NCBI RefSeq assembly: GCF_036321535.1
Contig: NC_087437.1
Span: 27,902,001 to 27,966,000 of the forward strand
Source of the DNA: Camelus dromedarius
Taxonomy: Eukaryota
Direction of reading: 5' to 3'
DNA length: 64,000 nt
In this document: positions 24,254 through 37,498 of the stretch, one piece after another
Layout: the number at the start of each line of letters is the position of its first letter
Numbering within the stretch: position 1 is the first letter of the stretch
The notes under the pieces: generated by a model
What the model was told of the DNA's origin: nothing
The model's database searches: none
What the model saw: only the letters and a program-made list of their open reading frames with translations
Position numbers and translations under genes: made by a program

Positions 24254-26934
24254 TTTTTTAGATTCCACATATGAGTGATCTCATATGGTATTTTTCTTTC
24301 TCTTTCTGGCTTACTTCACTTAGGATGACAATCTCCAGGAACATCCATGTTGCTGCAAATGGCGTTATGTTGTCGGTTTTTGTGGCTGAATAGTATTCCA
24401 TCGTGTAACTATACCACATCTTCTTTATGCAGTCATCTGTTGATGGACATTTAGGCTGTTTCCATGTCTTGGCTATTGTGAATATTGCTGCTATGAACAT
24501 TGGCGTGCAGCTGTCTTTTTGAAGTAGGTTTGCCTCTGGATATATGCCCAGGAGTGGGATTCCTGGGTCATATGGTAAGTCTATTCCTAGTCTTTTGAGG
24601 AATCTCCATATTGTTTTCCACAGTGGCTTCCTTTGCTTCCCTCTCCCACTCTTAATGATTTAGTTGTCTTCTTCTACAATTTTGTGTTTATTATTTTTGT
24701 AATTCATGGCAGTTATCTCCTTTCCAGTTATGAGTTTCTCATTTTTGTAGCATCCTGCTTCTTTTCTATTTAGAGTAGACCTGTCAATATTTCTTTCAGC
24801 ATTGGTTTAGTGTTGCTAAACTCTTTTAGTTTTTGCTTGTCTGTGAGGTTCTTTATCTCTACTTCTATTCTGAAAGATAGCCTTGCTGGAAAGAGTATCC
24901 TAGGCTGCATCTTTTTTCATTCAGGACTTTGAATATATCTTGCCACTCCCTTCTGGCCTGTAGTGTTTGTGTACAGAAATCCGCTGAGAGCCTTATGGGG
25001 GTTCTCTTGTAACTCACTCTTTGTTTTTTTCTTGCTGCCTTTAGGATCATTTCTTTCTCCTTGACTCCGGCCATCTTGATTATGGTATGTCTTGGTGTGG
25101 GTCTGTTTGGGTTCTTCCTGTTTGGGACCCTCTGAGCTTCCGGTACTTGGATATCTGATTCCTTCTCTAGGTTTGGGAAGTTTTCAGTCATGATTTCTTC
25201 AAATACCTTTTCAATTCCCTTTGTTCTTCCTTCCCCTTCTGGAACCACTATTATGTGTAGATTGGCACGCTTTATATTATCCCATAGGTCCCTTATATTG
25301 TTTTCACTGTTTTTTATTTGTTTTTCTCTCTGCTGTTCTGATTGGGTGCTTTCTGTTGTCCTGTCTTCTAGGTCACTTATTCATTCCTCTGCATTATCTA
25401 GCCAGCTTTGTACAGCCTTTAGGTCAGCTCTCATCTCAGCAAATGAGTTTACTAATTCTACTTGGTTCTTCTTTATAGCTTCTATTTCATTTTTGACATA
25501 TTTTATATCTCTAAACACTATCTCTTTTAGTTCCTTCAGTACACTGATCACTCCTTTTTGAAATCTTGATCTAGTAGGCCATCAATGTCTATTTCCTTGA
25601 TCGTGCTTTCAGGGGATTTCTCTTGATCTTTTAATTGGGAGTGGTTCCTCTGCTTCTTCATATTGCTCATATCTCTCTGGCACTGTGGCTCAAGGAGTAT
25701 CAGTTATCTAGTTCTCCTGGAGATGGTGTGCTCTTAATGATTTTTATCAAGAGGTCTTTGTGTCTTCGCCCTGTTTTGCAATCTCAGCTTGCTGTTTCCA
25801 GAGGCCCTCTGTTGGCACCCTCTTCTGTGCTGCTCCCAGTGTCTGTCGGCTACCAGATCATGCCCCCTCCTAACACTGGGTCAGGTGCTGAGCTCTTTCC
25901 CAGTGAGCGGGCGGGTCACTCCCCCTCCCAATACCGCAGTCAGATGCTGTGTTTGCGCAAGGTAGGCGGGCAAGTCACGCCCCCTCCCAGCACCGTGGTC
26001 AGGTGCTGCACTCCTGCCAGGAAGGCGGGTGGCCACTGCCCTCTCCCAGCGCTGGTCGCTTCTTTGCTCTGTGCAGCTGCATGCTCCGTCAGCCTCAGGG
26101 AAGTTGGCAGAACAACCCCACCCCTGCTCTGTGCCAAAACTCAGCTCCTTGTTTGTCTTGGCAGTGCAAGTTCTCTGAGGTACCAGGGCAGAAAGATCTT
26201 ATCTGGCCTTTGAGGCTGCTAAGCCCTTAGGTACAGATTCAGGTTTTGACACTGCCCCCACCTGGGTGCTAAGCGCTGGAGGATATGGCAACTGTGGCTA
26301 AGCCCCACCTCTCTTCTCCCGAAAACCTTTGGCGGGTTTTTAGAGATGAGGGTATGGCACCCTTCCCCCCAGGGTACATCAGCCGTGTTGTTTTATGGAG
26401 GGCCCGGGTTGTTTTGCCCTGTGTACCCATTCATCCATGGCACGCTGCACTCTGCAGTCCTCCAGGGTTGCCTCTGTGCAGCTGCCCCAGTCCTCCGCCC
26501 AGCTTGGGCAGCCTGTCCCATCCCCTACCTGCCGCTTTGCCTCTAGGGCTGGGAGTTGCAGAGACCCTCTGTGCCCGTTTAACTTAGTTCTGTCAGTCAA
26601 GGGGTGCTCCGTACAGATCCAAGCCTTGGAGGTTCCCCCTCCAGCCCACTGACCTTTCTGCTGGAGAGGGGGAGATTCAGCAAACGAGCGCTATTCCTCC
26701 TTTGCCACTCTCTCCCTGCAGGACTGGTCCCGCACTGTTTTGCTTTTTCTTCTTTCTTTTTTCTTTTTCTCCTTCTAGATTTGTGGTGTCTGTCTTTTGA
26801 AGAGGGAAATATTCTGTCAGAATTCAGTAGGTGCTCTTGTTGCCTGGGTAGGCCCATGGATGTGAATTTTGGTGTATTTGTGGGAAACGATGAGCTACAA
26901 GAACCCTTCTACTCTGCCATCTTGACCCCTGACC
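23897..26934 (-). mobile_element. Both-ends-complete L1 derivative lacking nearly all of ORF2 (5' UTR, ORF1, spacer, ORF2 tail, 3' UTR, polyA)
   Basis: CAAGATGGC 5' start near 26925; GC-rich 5' UTR; ORF1 about 25670..24770 (MSNMKKQRNHSQ...NPNRPTPRH...PIRLSADF...) with frameshifts and a stop; junction near 24628 into the ORF2 C-terminus ([19 protein letters not shown]); exact 10-bp TSD CTCATACTTT at 23887 and 26935. Confidence 0.9.
24205..24258 (+). repeat. (TTTA)n microsatellite in L1 3' UTR
   Basis: Direct reading of the sequence. Confidence 0.95.
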
Positions 26935-27389
26935 CTCATACTTTGCATTGCTAATTCAGATTGAAACCCCAGTAAGTGAGCACCTGATTGGACACTTGGG
27001 TTACCTTCTCATCTACTGACTGAAAGAGGTCAATCTCTTTATCAGTAGCCCTGTCAAAGGTTTTATCCAAGCAAAGAGTGGGAGTATCCTATATCAAACC
27101 AGGGCAATGTTACCGTAAGAATGTTCCCATGAGAAAATCCTCTTCTGCAAGTGCCATTGTGACACATAGTCCCTTGGAGGCCACCCAGCATGTCTTTCAC
27201 ATTCATTATGCTTCATTTACCTTTGATAATCCAGGCATTCTTCAAAGTAAAAGTCAATCTTTTTTGTTTTCTCTGAAAAGCCTTTTCTGATTTCTCTGAT
27301 CTTCATTAATCTCTTTTTCCTTTGAATTCCTATAGGTTCTTTCACAGAATTGAGTAATTAATTATACATTTTTAAAAGCAGATCGCACA

Positions 27390-27620
27390 CTGACCTAAAA
27401 ACCTGGGTTAGATCCAGCCTTGCCATTTTCTAAGCTGTGCAAATTTGCTCAATAAGATTTTCTGGGCTTCAGTTTCCTTATCTCTAAAGTGGAGGGATTA
27501 TATAATTTCTAATACTCTATAAAATCTTAACAGGGTAATATACAATAATAATAATGAAAGTACTCTGCAATGACATACTACAAAAATGTTTAAAAGCCTG
27601 GACAGAAATAATGTAGAGGG
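27390..27620 (+). mobile_element. MIR SINE
   Basis: MIR core CTGGGCTTCAGTTTCCTTATCTCTAAAGTGGAG. Confidence 0.7.
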
Positions 27621-28399
27621 ACTTTGCATCAGTGACAAAAAGTATACAAAAAAAAAAAAAAATCATCTTTTTTCTAATTTTTTTAGAAAAAAGATAATGA
27701 ACATAAAGTAGAAAATACAGCTTTTTAGTAGTTTGGTAAAAATGATTTTTAAACATTTGAATGAAATTGAATGAATAAATAATGAAAGGAAAGGAAATTA
27801 TTGGAAATAAGACTACCAAGACAATAAAGCAGAATTATAAAATCTGTTATTTTCAAGTAATACAATAAAAAATACTTAGGCCAAGTATAAAAGAAGCTGC
27901 CATTATTGGGATGGCTTTTGGATAAAGTTACTCTTATTCTGAAACTCTGACTGTCTGAGATTCCTCCAAAGATAACAGTCATGCACTATTTTATGCAGTG
28001 ATGTCTATACTGCTTTATTTGGAATTAATGTTTATAAAATGTATTTCTTTACATCCTTTGCTTTTAAAATTTATTTCTTTTTCATATGCATTTGTGATTT
28101 TTATTTTTGGTTTATCTCTGGTAGGTTATCTATTTTTGTGTGCGAAAACCTAAGTCTTATAATTGAGTGTTGAGATAACAGACAATATAATGAAGTCAGA
28201 AAACAATGAAGCATTTTGGGAAAAGAAAGTTATTACATTTAGCTTCCCAGAAAGGAAGGTTAGAGCCAGATATTAGATGCTTACAAATGTTAAAGGCCGT
28301 TTTCTAGAACTGTTAAGGGGATCTGGTGATTAGGGTTGCTCCCTCTGACTGAAAGACCTTCTCCTTGTCAGCACTCCTCCCCCATGAGGGGGTTCCCAG

Positions 28400-30050
28400 G
28401 GCCATGAGTGCTGCTTTACAAGATACATTAGTGTCATTAATCTGTGACCACACTAAAGTGTCACTGCTGCCTCTGCATGCTTCCCCTGATCTTCCATCCT
28501 GGTTGCTGTTAATGGGAAAAAAACTTTGATGTTCTTCCTGTGGTGCCTAGAAGATTTAAAACTACTTTTAATCAATGAAATGGCCTCTGTAGACTCATCT
28601 TCATATTGTTCTTTCTTTTCAGGTTCTACAAAATTTACTTTGAAGGAAATAATAGTTCAGTTGTTCATTAGCAACTGGAGTTTTCTTTCAAGGCTCCGAT
28701 ACCAGAGCTGGTCTTGGACAAAGTGTTCCCTGAAACAGGAGTTTAATTATGGTACCAGTTAGAAACAGCACAACTGCTTCCTCTCCAAATGGCTGTCAGA
28801 TGTGAGATGTTCTAGAAATACATCAGATTTCACAGGAAGCTCCCCTTGACTAACACACTAGACACTATCATATGATCCTAGCTATTTTCTATGTCAGCAG
28901 TGGTCTGACTTGCACTATGGTGGTAACTTCCATTGTTCCTCAAGTTACCAATGTCTCAGGTTCATTCAGGCAATTTGAAGACTCCTCATATAGCCCTCCC
29001 ATTTAACAATAGCTGCTTATAGCTCCCCAAGTATCTCTGAAGAGGTATTCATACTCAGGTAACCCCGCACCCCAGGCAGTACTTTTTGCGGACTGTCATT
29101 AACAAGTGTGCTTTGTGTGTGTGTCCAGAGGAAAGGAATTCTCACCATCTCAGTAAACTAGCTTCAGTAGTTTGGCACAGGAAGGGACAACAGTGGTCTA
29201 AAACACCATGATAACATGGGCATTTTGGCTTGCTCTTTTCCTATCCCACTAGCTTTTTATAATTGTATAGCCTAATGTTGTTTCTAGGTTTCTTTGGTTT
29301 AAAGTTTAAGGTTTGCTTCAACCCCTAACACAATAAAAGTCTACTCACCTTTTTCCCAACACTTCCAAGGATTAGATCAAATACCTAACTTCTATCTTTA
29401 TTCCAGTTTCATTTGACAGAAGAAACTGACCACATGGGCTTTATATACCCCTGAATCAGCAATACCTGCCTGAAAAATGGTGTGTAAGGAATCTCTTTGG
29501 CAGTTCCCAGTTATGTATTCACTGTGATTTTCTTCCCAATAGCTTCTGAATTGAAGTTGATGACTTATCCTCTTTCAGGAAATCATCTGCCTGAGCACCC
29601 TGGGGAGAGATGTGGGGCTTGGAGAGAACTTCTGTCAGAAAACTTTGTCTTTACTATTTTTCATTTTAACTTGTGGAACCTCTGTCACCTTGAGAGAGCT
29701 TTGCAGAGGTGGTTGGATTCCATTTACTCTTCTGAGGTGCCTCTTGGATTTCACTTTATTCCTTCCTTTACAATCAGCCAGCAACTATGGTGACAGTTTG
29801 ACTTAGAGACACATCCCCCAGACGCTGAACTTTTTACAGCAGCAGGTATTTGTTCAGAATCTGTTGTTACAGATGCCAGTCTGTACCTGAGACTATTGGT
29901 CCTGGGAAGTTAATTTCAGGTTCTCCCCTGCAGTTTCCAGGACTAGAGGAAAAGAAAAGATCTCTCCTTGCCCAATAGTTAAGGATAAACTTTTCTTCTC
30001 TGGAAGGATTAAGAGGCTCTGAATAGAATGTCCTGCCTTTAAAACTCATG
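28400..30050 (-). mobile_element. Highly decayed ERV-L-type pol remnant
   Basis: Minus-strand fragments in pol order: VLLIQGYIKP (cf. VLPQGY), AIVKWEGYM (cf. SIIKWKWYI), PVSGNTLSK (cf. QPLSGT.LKD). Short, degenerate matches only. Confidence 0.45.
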
Positions 30051-30531
30051 GATATTAGAAAATGTTTTTTCATAATTTCTTCCACTTACTTCCTACCACA
30101 CTGTAGCCTTTCAAGAAGGGAAGTTATTATCTATTAATGTTTCCTATTTTGTGTGAAATTCAGTTTGCATTTGGACAATATATGAAATTGGAAAGTTTTC
30201 CTTAGCTTCCATGATCATGATATCTCATTATTATATACATTTATATTATTAATATATATACTTTTAAATGTTCCTTATTACACATACATATGTGTATATG
30301 GATATATTCATAATTTTAGTTTAAAATACATCTATAAATTTAGCTAAGCATTGAAGTTATAATTTTTCATGTACTTGAAAGACATTATTAAACTTGTTAA
30401 AATATTAATAAGTACTATACTAATTTTTATAGATTTATACCTTGTCTTACCTGTATCTATGCTTGAAATGAAGTTTCTTAATCATGTATTTTTGGCAGCC
30501 TCTGACTTACATATACTTATAATTCTGACAG

Positions 30532-31105
30532 GTGCATTGCAGTTCTGAAATAAAAAAACAAAATTGAGAAACAAGCTTTAATTTAGTCTGGCTTAAATAC
30601 AATTTATACTTCCTTACCATCTATCCTATAAAGTTAGAATTTCAATTTATGACAAGTTATTTGGCAATACAATGAACTGACTAAGGAGGAAAGATTTCCC
30701 AAACAATAGGGAAAAACCCAACTTATGTCTATGGAATCAATATCTGTTTACTGGAGTAACTTACTTTCTGAGAAATACAGAAGGGATTAGAATTATGATA
30801 AACCAACTCTTGGAAGATATAGTTATTCACTTCTAGGACTTATTGATAAGAGAATATCACCCTTGTTGGCCAATGATTCTGTTACAAAATTTTACATCAA
30901 TCGACATTCTCACTTGTCAGTATGATTTAAAATAATTTATGACCTTATGTTTGTTAAAAGTTTTCAGAATGTAGGAGTTTAAGTTAATTATGACCATATA
31001 GAAGATGGATTCCATGGAACTTTAATATTCATAGAATCTTTTTCATTTATGCCTAAGCACAGGATAAGAGATAAGCATATTAGTAGGCTGAATAAAAACT
31101 TATAA
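30532..31105 (+). pseudogene. Decayed AADACL2-family last exon (unprocessed pseudogene remnant)
   Basis: Colinear with exon 5 at 58593..59195. Recognisable pieces: KQALI*SGL, WSNLLSEKYR, PTLGR, SPLLANDS, ILTCQYD, DHIEDGFHG, RIRDKHISRLNKNL*. It has in-frame stops and frameshifts. Its CAG acceptor ends at 30531, and the upstream intron resembles the functional one (AGCCTCTGACTT vs AGCCTTTGACTC). Confidence 0.9.
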
Positions 31106-31799
31106 ATATATAATATGTACATATAGCCCATCATTTAGTAGATATAATCCAAAGGTTAAGTTATGATATTTTAGAGTAAAATGGAAAGAATTATGGAATT
31201 AATGTTGGCCAAACTAGGTTTGAATTAGAGCTAAAACAATTATTGTATGCCTTGGGAAACTTTATTGTTTTTTCTGATCTTATATCCTGCATCTGTAAAA
31301 TGAAGAAAATTGCACCTATTCTTTACTTGAACTATAATTCATTCTGATGGAGCAGCTCTTAAAATAGGCCAGTTGTATTAAGAGAGTAAGTGAAGTGATT
31401 GTACTTTTCAGGAAATGTCAAGAATGATAATGAGTAGGGAGGTTTAAGATAATAAATAAAAATTATAAGGGCATTTGTATGTAGGTAGAAGAGACTACAT
31501 TCTCTTGTGAAATTTTATGTCAATTTGTATTCATAGACTAGTGACTTTTTTTTATCATCTTTAATGCAAAAAAGATTTGATTTCAAGTATATTGGTTGGC
31601 TTCTTTTTTGTAGAAGGAAATGCTTAATAGCTAGAGTCTAATTCCCTTTTGCAACATCAAACTGCCATGCATAGATTTTATTATTTTAATAATGTTCCTT
31701 AACCAACTGCACATGACTGTCTTATTTTTATTACATTACTTAGAATTTTTGGACTGTGGTATTACTCAAGAATGGAAGCTCATCACCGATCCTTACAGA

Positions 31800-32525
31800 G
31801 GCTACAATGACATCTTAATAATATTGAGTATTTTAGTAAATGAACATATCTCTCCATTTATTTAGGTATTACTGGATTATTTTCATCAGTGTTTACTTTT
31901 CAGTAGAGTTTCAGTATATATGTCTGAATACATTTTGTTAAATTTATACTTGTTACAGTTTTTGCTGTTGTAATTTTTTTTTCAAATTTCAATTGTTTAT
32001 TGCTAGTAAGTGGAAGATTGATTTCGTAGTCTCTGATTGTGCTAGACTCACTTAATATGCTGGGAGATTTTTCTTTTATAGATACTTTGCAATTTTCTAT
32101 GTAGACAATAAGGCTGTCCATGAATAGAGACAGTTTCACTTTTCCTTTTCCAAACTGATGCCTTTTATTTCTTTTTCTTGTCTTGACTAAAACTCCCAAG
32201 TATAATGATGAACAGGAATTATTAAAGAAGACATTTTGGTCTAGTTCCCATTCTTAGTTGGAAAGCCTTTCCCTGTTAAGTTAGCTGTATAAGTTTGTAG
32301 ATGCCTTTCATCAAATTAAGGAAGTTCCCTTCAGTTCCTTGTTCACTGAGTGTTTTTATTATAATCGACCTTGAATTCTGTCAAATGTATTTTCTGCACC
32401 TATTTAGATAACCAACTGTTCTTCTTTATTATTTATTAATATAACTAATTCCTTTGATTTTTAAATGTTGACCCAGGCTTGAATTCTTGGAATGAAACCC
32501 CTTGGTGAAGATATATTATATAATG
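31800..32525 (-). mobile_element. L1 ORF2 RT-region fragment
   Basis: ORF 31900..32199 contains GKGKVKLSLFMDSLIVYIEN, a decayed KLSLFADDMIVY motif. Confidence 0.85.
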
Positions 32526-34939
32526 AACCTCTTTAAAGTATTACAGTTAATTAAAAACTTAATATAAAATATAATCAAAATACCAAATCGAGATGTTAGT
32601 GTGTAAATGCAGCAGTGATCAAGTAGACAAGTGCTAAGTTAATTTATTTACTTGTTAGGTAAAGAAACACTTGCTAGAACACTGAGGAGAAAAATCCAGA
32701 AATTTTACGTCAGGAAGATAATTTATCTTATGGTTACAGTAATTAAGCTCTGATATTTGCACCCTGGATATAGTAACATGAGTCTAGAAATCTGTCTTTG
32801 ATTGGTTAAAGTGAGTTTCTTGTTTATTGTTCAGTGTAAAACCTTCCATTAAGTTCTGGGGTTGGTAGTGAGCTGAGTTTATCAGCCTGGCTGCTTAGAC
32901 TCAGTTATAGTGAAATACAGTGTCCTATTTAGATATAGTCCAAGCTCTAAGTAGAAACCCTTTCTTTTACATTGGTATAAAGAAACATAAAAATAGGGAA
33001 TTGTAATACTTTTATGACTTAGCTAGAATGAGATGGCTGAAGGTGTGCTCCAGTGGGAATCAACAGTGGTACTTAATGGAGGCAAAGTCCTCCTAAACCA
33101 GTTTTTAAGTGTACCTCTTATGCAGAGATTGTAGACAGAGGTGTGTACTATTTCAAAGGTAAGATATCATGTTTTTGAGGCTTAACAATCTGATATTTAG
33201 AAGGGTGAGAGATGTGCAAAGTGATGATTGTGATAACTTTAATCAGAATATACCAGTTTGCCTGATATATGTACATGTATAGTCCATTTTAGTTTGTTGT
33301 TGCTGTTATTATTAATGATACCATAACAAATCAAATCAGCTCCCTTAGAGGAAAGTAGGTTTTGACTAGAAGGAGACAACTAGAGGTGATTTAAGTAGCA
33401 TCTAGGCACTGTAGGAAGATCTGAGAGGGGTGGTCAGTGGGGGAATTCAGACCTGTGAAAGTGAGTGGGAATAGGGTGCAGAAAATGGGATGGAAGACAC
33501 CTGAAGAATCTGACCCACTGAAATGAAGGTTCAGCCCTGGGTACTATTCTGGTCCCTTAGGTAGCCAATGCCAAATTTAGAGAAAAACAGAGATCTGACA
33601 CCTGCTCATTCTGGACACACTAGATACGAGTGTTCTTCCCATGGGCACGAGATGTCAGCCACTTTGCTTTGTGTTAGGCTTGAGTTTTATTGTTTCTTCT
33701 TCTTGCTGAAATATCAGGGTATGAGTCTACAGTTCAAGAAAAAGTCAGGGTTTGCGGATCTGGGAGCTTACTTTGTGAATTTCTCCCTTCTTGTTCTAAG
33801 TTGATGAGACAACAGGAAAGTGCTGCACATTGCACTTCCTGCCAGGGGCTCCCTCACACACAATTCAGTGTCATCAGATTTTCTGTGGGTGACTGGGTGT
33901 CTTTCCAATACCTTTTTTCTGTCAGTCTAATTATGCAAGGTCAGATATGTGGTTACCCTAACCACCTTTATAGATGGGCAACCAGATAATTTATTGTATA
34001 AACAAGATAATTGTGAAGATGAAGTAGGCGTTATTAACACTTACACAAGTACAGCATGAATAAATTGTGATGACCTCAGGGAAAGAGAACCATATGGTTC
34101 CCCAGTTCCCTCAGGATAAAGCCCTAACTCCTACATATGGCCTATAAAATTTCTTTATCTCAGGCCAACTTCTCTATCTCTCTGTCCATAATTGCACTCT
34201 GTAATTGCCTAGAATTAAGAAAATACACTAAACTCTCATTATTCAGGGCCTTTCTTCTACGAAAAAGATGTTACCTCTTACCCTCTCTCCACACAAGCAC
34301 CAACTCAACTTTCATTTCCTGTCTTAAGATGTACTCATTTACCCTATGATGCATTTTTGTGACCCTTTCTAGGTAGAATTAACCATTTCCTTCTGTTGTT
34401 CTACCACTGGAATAAAGAGGGGATGGGGAGTATACATATGCACAAACTCATGTATTTATATTCATAGACTTTGTTTCTTTATATCTGTGTTTTGTTAATT
34501 GCCTCAATGCGAGGGACAAGGATGAAAGGTAAGTGTATCATTTACCCTTTTTTTATCTTTCAAAGTGTATTGCATGTGAATTAACACCCCCTGCAGATAT
34601 GAGTATTTTTTAGATACCTGAATTATGCTCAAGATATTTTCAAGGGTCCTGAAAATTTTCATGTATCTAGCCAACTAGTAAAACATTATGACCGTGATTC
34701 AACTATTCTGCACATTTTATTTATCTTGATTTGAATTGCTAACAGTTTCATGTTTTTGTATCTATGTTCATGAGTGATAATTTCCTATAATATTTCTTCG
34801 AATGTCCTTGCCATGCTTTGATATTAAGGCCATACTGAACCCTCTAAGTGAATTGGGAAGTATTTCTTACTGTTACATTTTGTGGAAGAGTTGGGCTAAA
34901 ATTGTTCTTTCTTACTTAAATGTTGGTTGTAGTCTCACG

Positions 34940-35400
34940 TATCATAGGTAGTATTCCCCAGAAGCAGATTCTTAGACAAAGGGACATGTGCCAGTAATTT
35001 CTTAAGGAAAGCTCTCAGAAAATCTGTAAGGTAACATAGGAAATAGGAAGATGAAAGTGATGAGGTCATGTGAGTATATGGAGTCAGGCAAGGAGCCTCA
35101 GAATATAGATTCAGTCTGATTGGAGTGTAGGTCACACATCAGAGCCGTCTGGACCCCAGCCAGCAGGGCTAGGGGTTCTATATTACTTTATTTGACAAAA
35201 TACAGTTACAGCCTGGGTGGTGGTGGTTGTGGTATGAATTTTAGGGCACTCTGTTTATATACAATGTGTGGACAAAGTGTGCTGGTGTAGTATCCAGGAA
35301 AGTTTTCAAAATGAGTCACAGGTGGATGGATGTCTGAAATAAAGTGTACCAAAGCCAGGATACACAAAAAAATAGTTTAAAAGATATCTAAGAAGACTTA
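34940..35400. mobile_element. MaLR/ERVL-type LTR (MLT-like)
   Basis: TTCCCCAGAAGCAGATTCTTAGACAAAGG...GCTCTCAG head typical of old MLT1/ERVL LTRs. Confidence 0.5.
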
Positions 35401-35809
35401 CATTATCCACTACTATCCACATATTGCACTGCACTGTACAGCTCACTTATATCTCATATTAAATTTATTCTCTTCAGTCATGGATTATTCAAAATGGTAG
35501 TTGGTGTGGCCAACTAGTGTGTCCACCAATTATACTTGCCTCATGTTATTTCTGCATTGTGGAGTCCTTTTTTAAATTGAGTACAGGCTGGCCTATGTTA
35601 CAACAGAATACAATTGAAGTGACAGTGCATAACTTATGAGGCTAGGTCACAAAATTTTAAAAATACCATAGGTTACTTGAGGGACCAAGACCATGCGCAG
35701 GGCCAAGTAGAGCAGTACTGCAAAGTGGATCAAATTCTTCAGAGGTCCCCCAACTCATTTTCTGTACTTTCTCCCCTGCTTACTTCTAAGGGTCTGAATT
35801 TCCTCAGTG

Positions 35810-36810
35810 ACCACCATTTTCTTTGTTACGGATACTTTTGGTGTCATATCTAAGAATTCTCTGCCAAATACGAATTTATAAAGATCTACTTCTGTTTTCT
35901 ACTAAGAGTTGTACAGTTAGGGCTTTTACATTTAGGTCTTTGATCCATTTGGGGTAACTTTTTGTATATTGTGTGAGTTAAAGAATCAAATTTATTCTTT
36001 TGCAGGTGGCTATCCAGTTGTCCCAGCACCATATGTTGAAAAGATTATTTTCCCCACCATTGAATGGTCTTGGCATCCTTCCCCAAAATCAGTTAACTAT
36101 AGACATGTAGGTTTATTTCCAGACACTCAATTCTATTCTGTTGATTTATATGAGTATCCATATGCCTGTACTACACCAACTTGATTACTGTTACTTTGTA
36201 GTAAGCCTTGAATTTGGGAAATTTGAGTCCTTCAATTGTGTTTGTCTTTTTCAAGATTCTTGGTTATTCTGGGTTTCTTGTAGTTTCATATGAATTTGAA
36301 AATTAGCTTGCCACTTTCAACAAAGAAGTAAATTGGTATTCTAATAGGAATTTCATTGAATCTGCAGATCAATTTGAGGAATAGTGCCATCTTAACAATA
36401 TTAAGTCTTTCAATTCATAAATACACAATGTCTTTCCATTTATTTAGGACTTCTTTAATTTCCCTTAACAATGTTTTGTAGTTTTCAGAGCACAAGTTTT
36501 GCAATTACTTTTATTCCTAAATATTTTATTATATCTGATGCCATTGTAGATGGAATTGTTTTCTTAATTTCAGTTTGGACTGTTCATTGGAATAGTGTAA
36601 AATAGATTTGACTTTATATAATGATCTTGTTTCTATAATATTGTTTAAATTGTTTATTAGATCTAAAGGTTTTTATTAGAATCCTTAGGGTTTCCTGTAA
36701 ACAAGAGTGTGTTATCTATGGGCAGAGATGATAATTTTATTTCTTCCTTTCCGAAGTATATGCCTTTTTTCTTCTTTTGCCCAATTATCCTGGCTAGAAG
36801 TTGTAACAAT
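35810..36810 (-). mobile_element. L1 ORF2 fragment
   Basis: Typical blocks TTTAGGTCTTTGATCCATTT, TATCCAGTTGTCCCAGCACCAT and TTAACAATATTAAGTCTT. Confidence 0.85.
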
Positions 36811-36998
36811 ATTGTAACGTATAGAACATTTGTATACAGTTATGAATACTGTTTTAACGTCTTATTCTGCTAATTCTGACATTTGTGCCAGTCTGAACAG
36901 ACTGTCTGTTGCTTGGTATGTAATATCATCCATCCTCTTCCTGTTGTTTCCTTCAATAATATAATGTGCCCCCCACTCCAATGGTTTCTTTTAACATT

Positions 36999-37498
36999 TG
37001 TATTAGTTTCTATTGCTGTATAATAAGTTACCACAAGCTTAATGGCATAAGACAATGCAAACATTATTTCAAAATTCTGCGGGTCAGTAGTCTTGCATGG
37101 TATGGACGGGTTCAGCCCTTAAGGGTTTTGTACTGCCTAAGTCAAGATGTTGGTGAGAGCTATTAGCTTCTCTGAGCTCAGAGTCTTCTTCCAAGCTCTT
37201 TTAGGTTATGCTAGAATTTAGTTCTTTATGGTTGTAGGATTTAGGTGCCCATTTTTTGGCAGGCTGTTGCCTGGGAGCCACTCAACTTTCAGGGTCTGCC
37301 CACATTCCTTGACATTTGGACCTCAGGATTTTCAAGCTGGCATTTGAACTTTTGAGGTCAGCTGCTTGAAACCTTAATTACATCTATAAAATTCCTTCAT
37401 AGCAATACTTGGATTAGTATTTGATTAAATAACGAGGCTATGGTGTTTGTCCACAGTGACTGAAAATCTTGGGTGGTCATCTTAGAATTCCAATTACA
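36999..37498. mobile_element. MLT1-type MaLR LTR
   Basis: TGTATTAGTTTCTATTGCTG...TTACCACAAGCTTAATGGC start and CATCTTAGAATTC end. Confidence 0.75.

Noticed and set aside
25635..26954. Cluster of longer ORFs (up to 192 aa) on both strands
   Set aside because: They lie in the GC-rich 5' UTR of the L1 derivative, where stop codons are scarce, and show no recognisable protein motifs.
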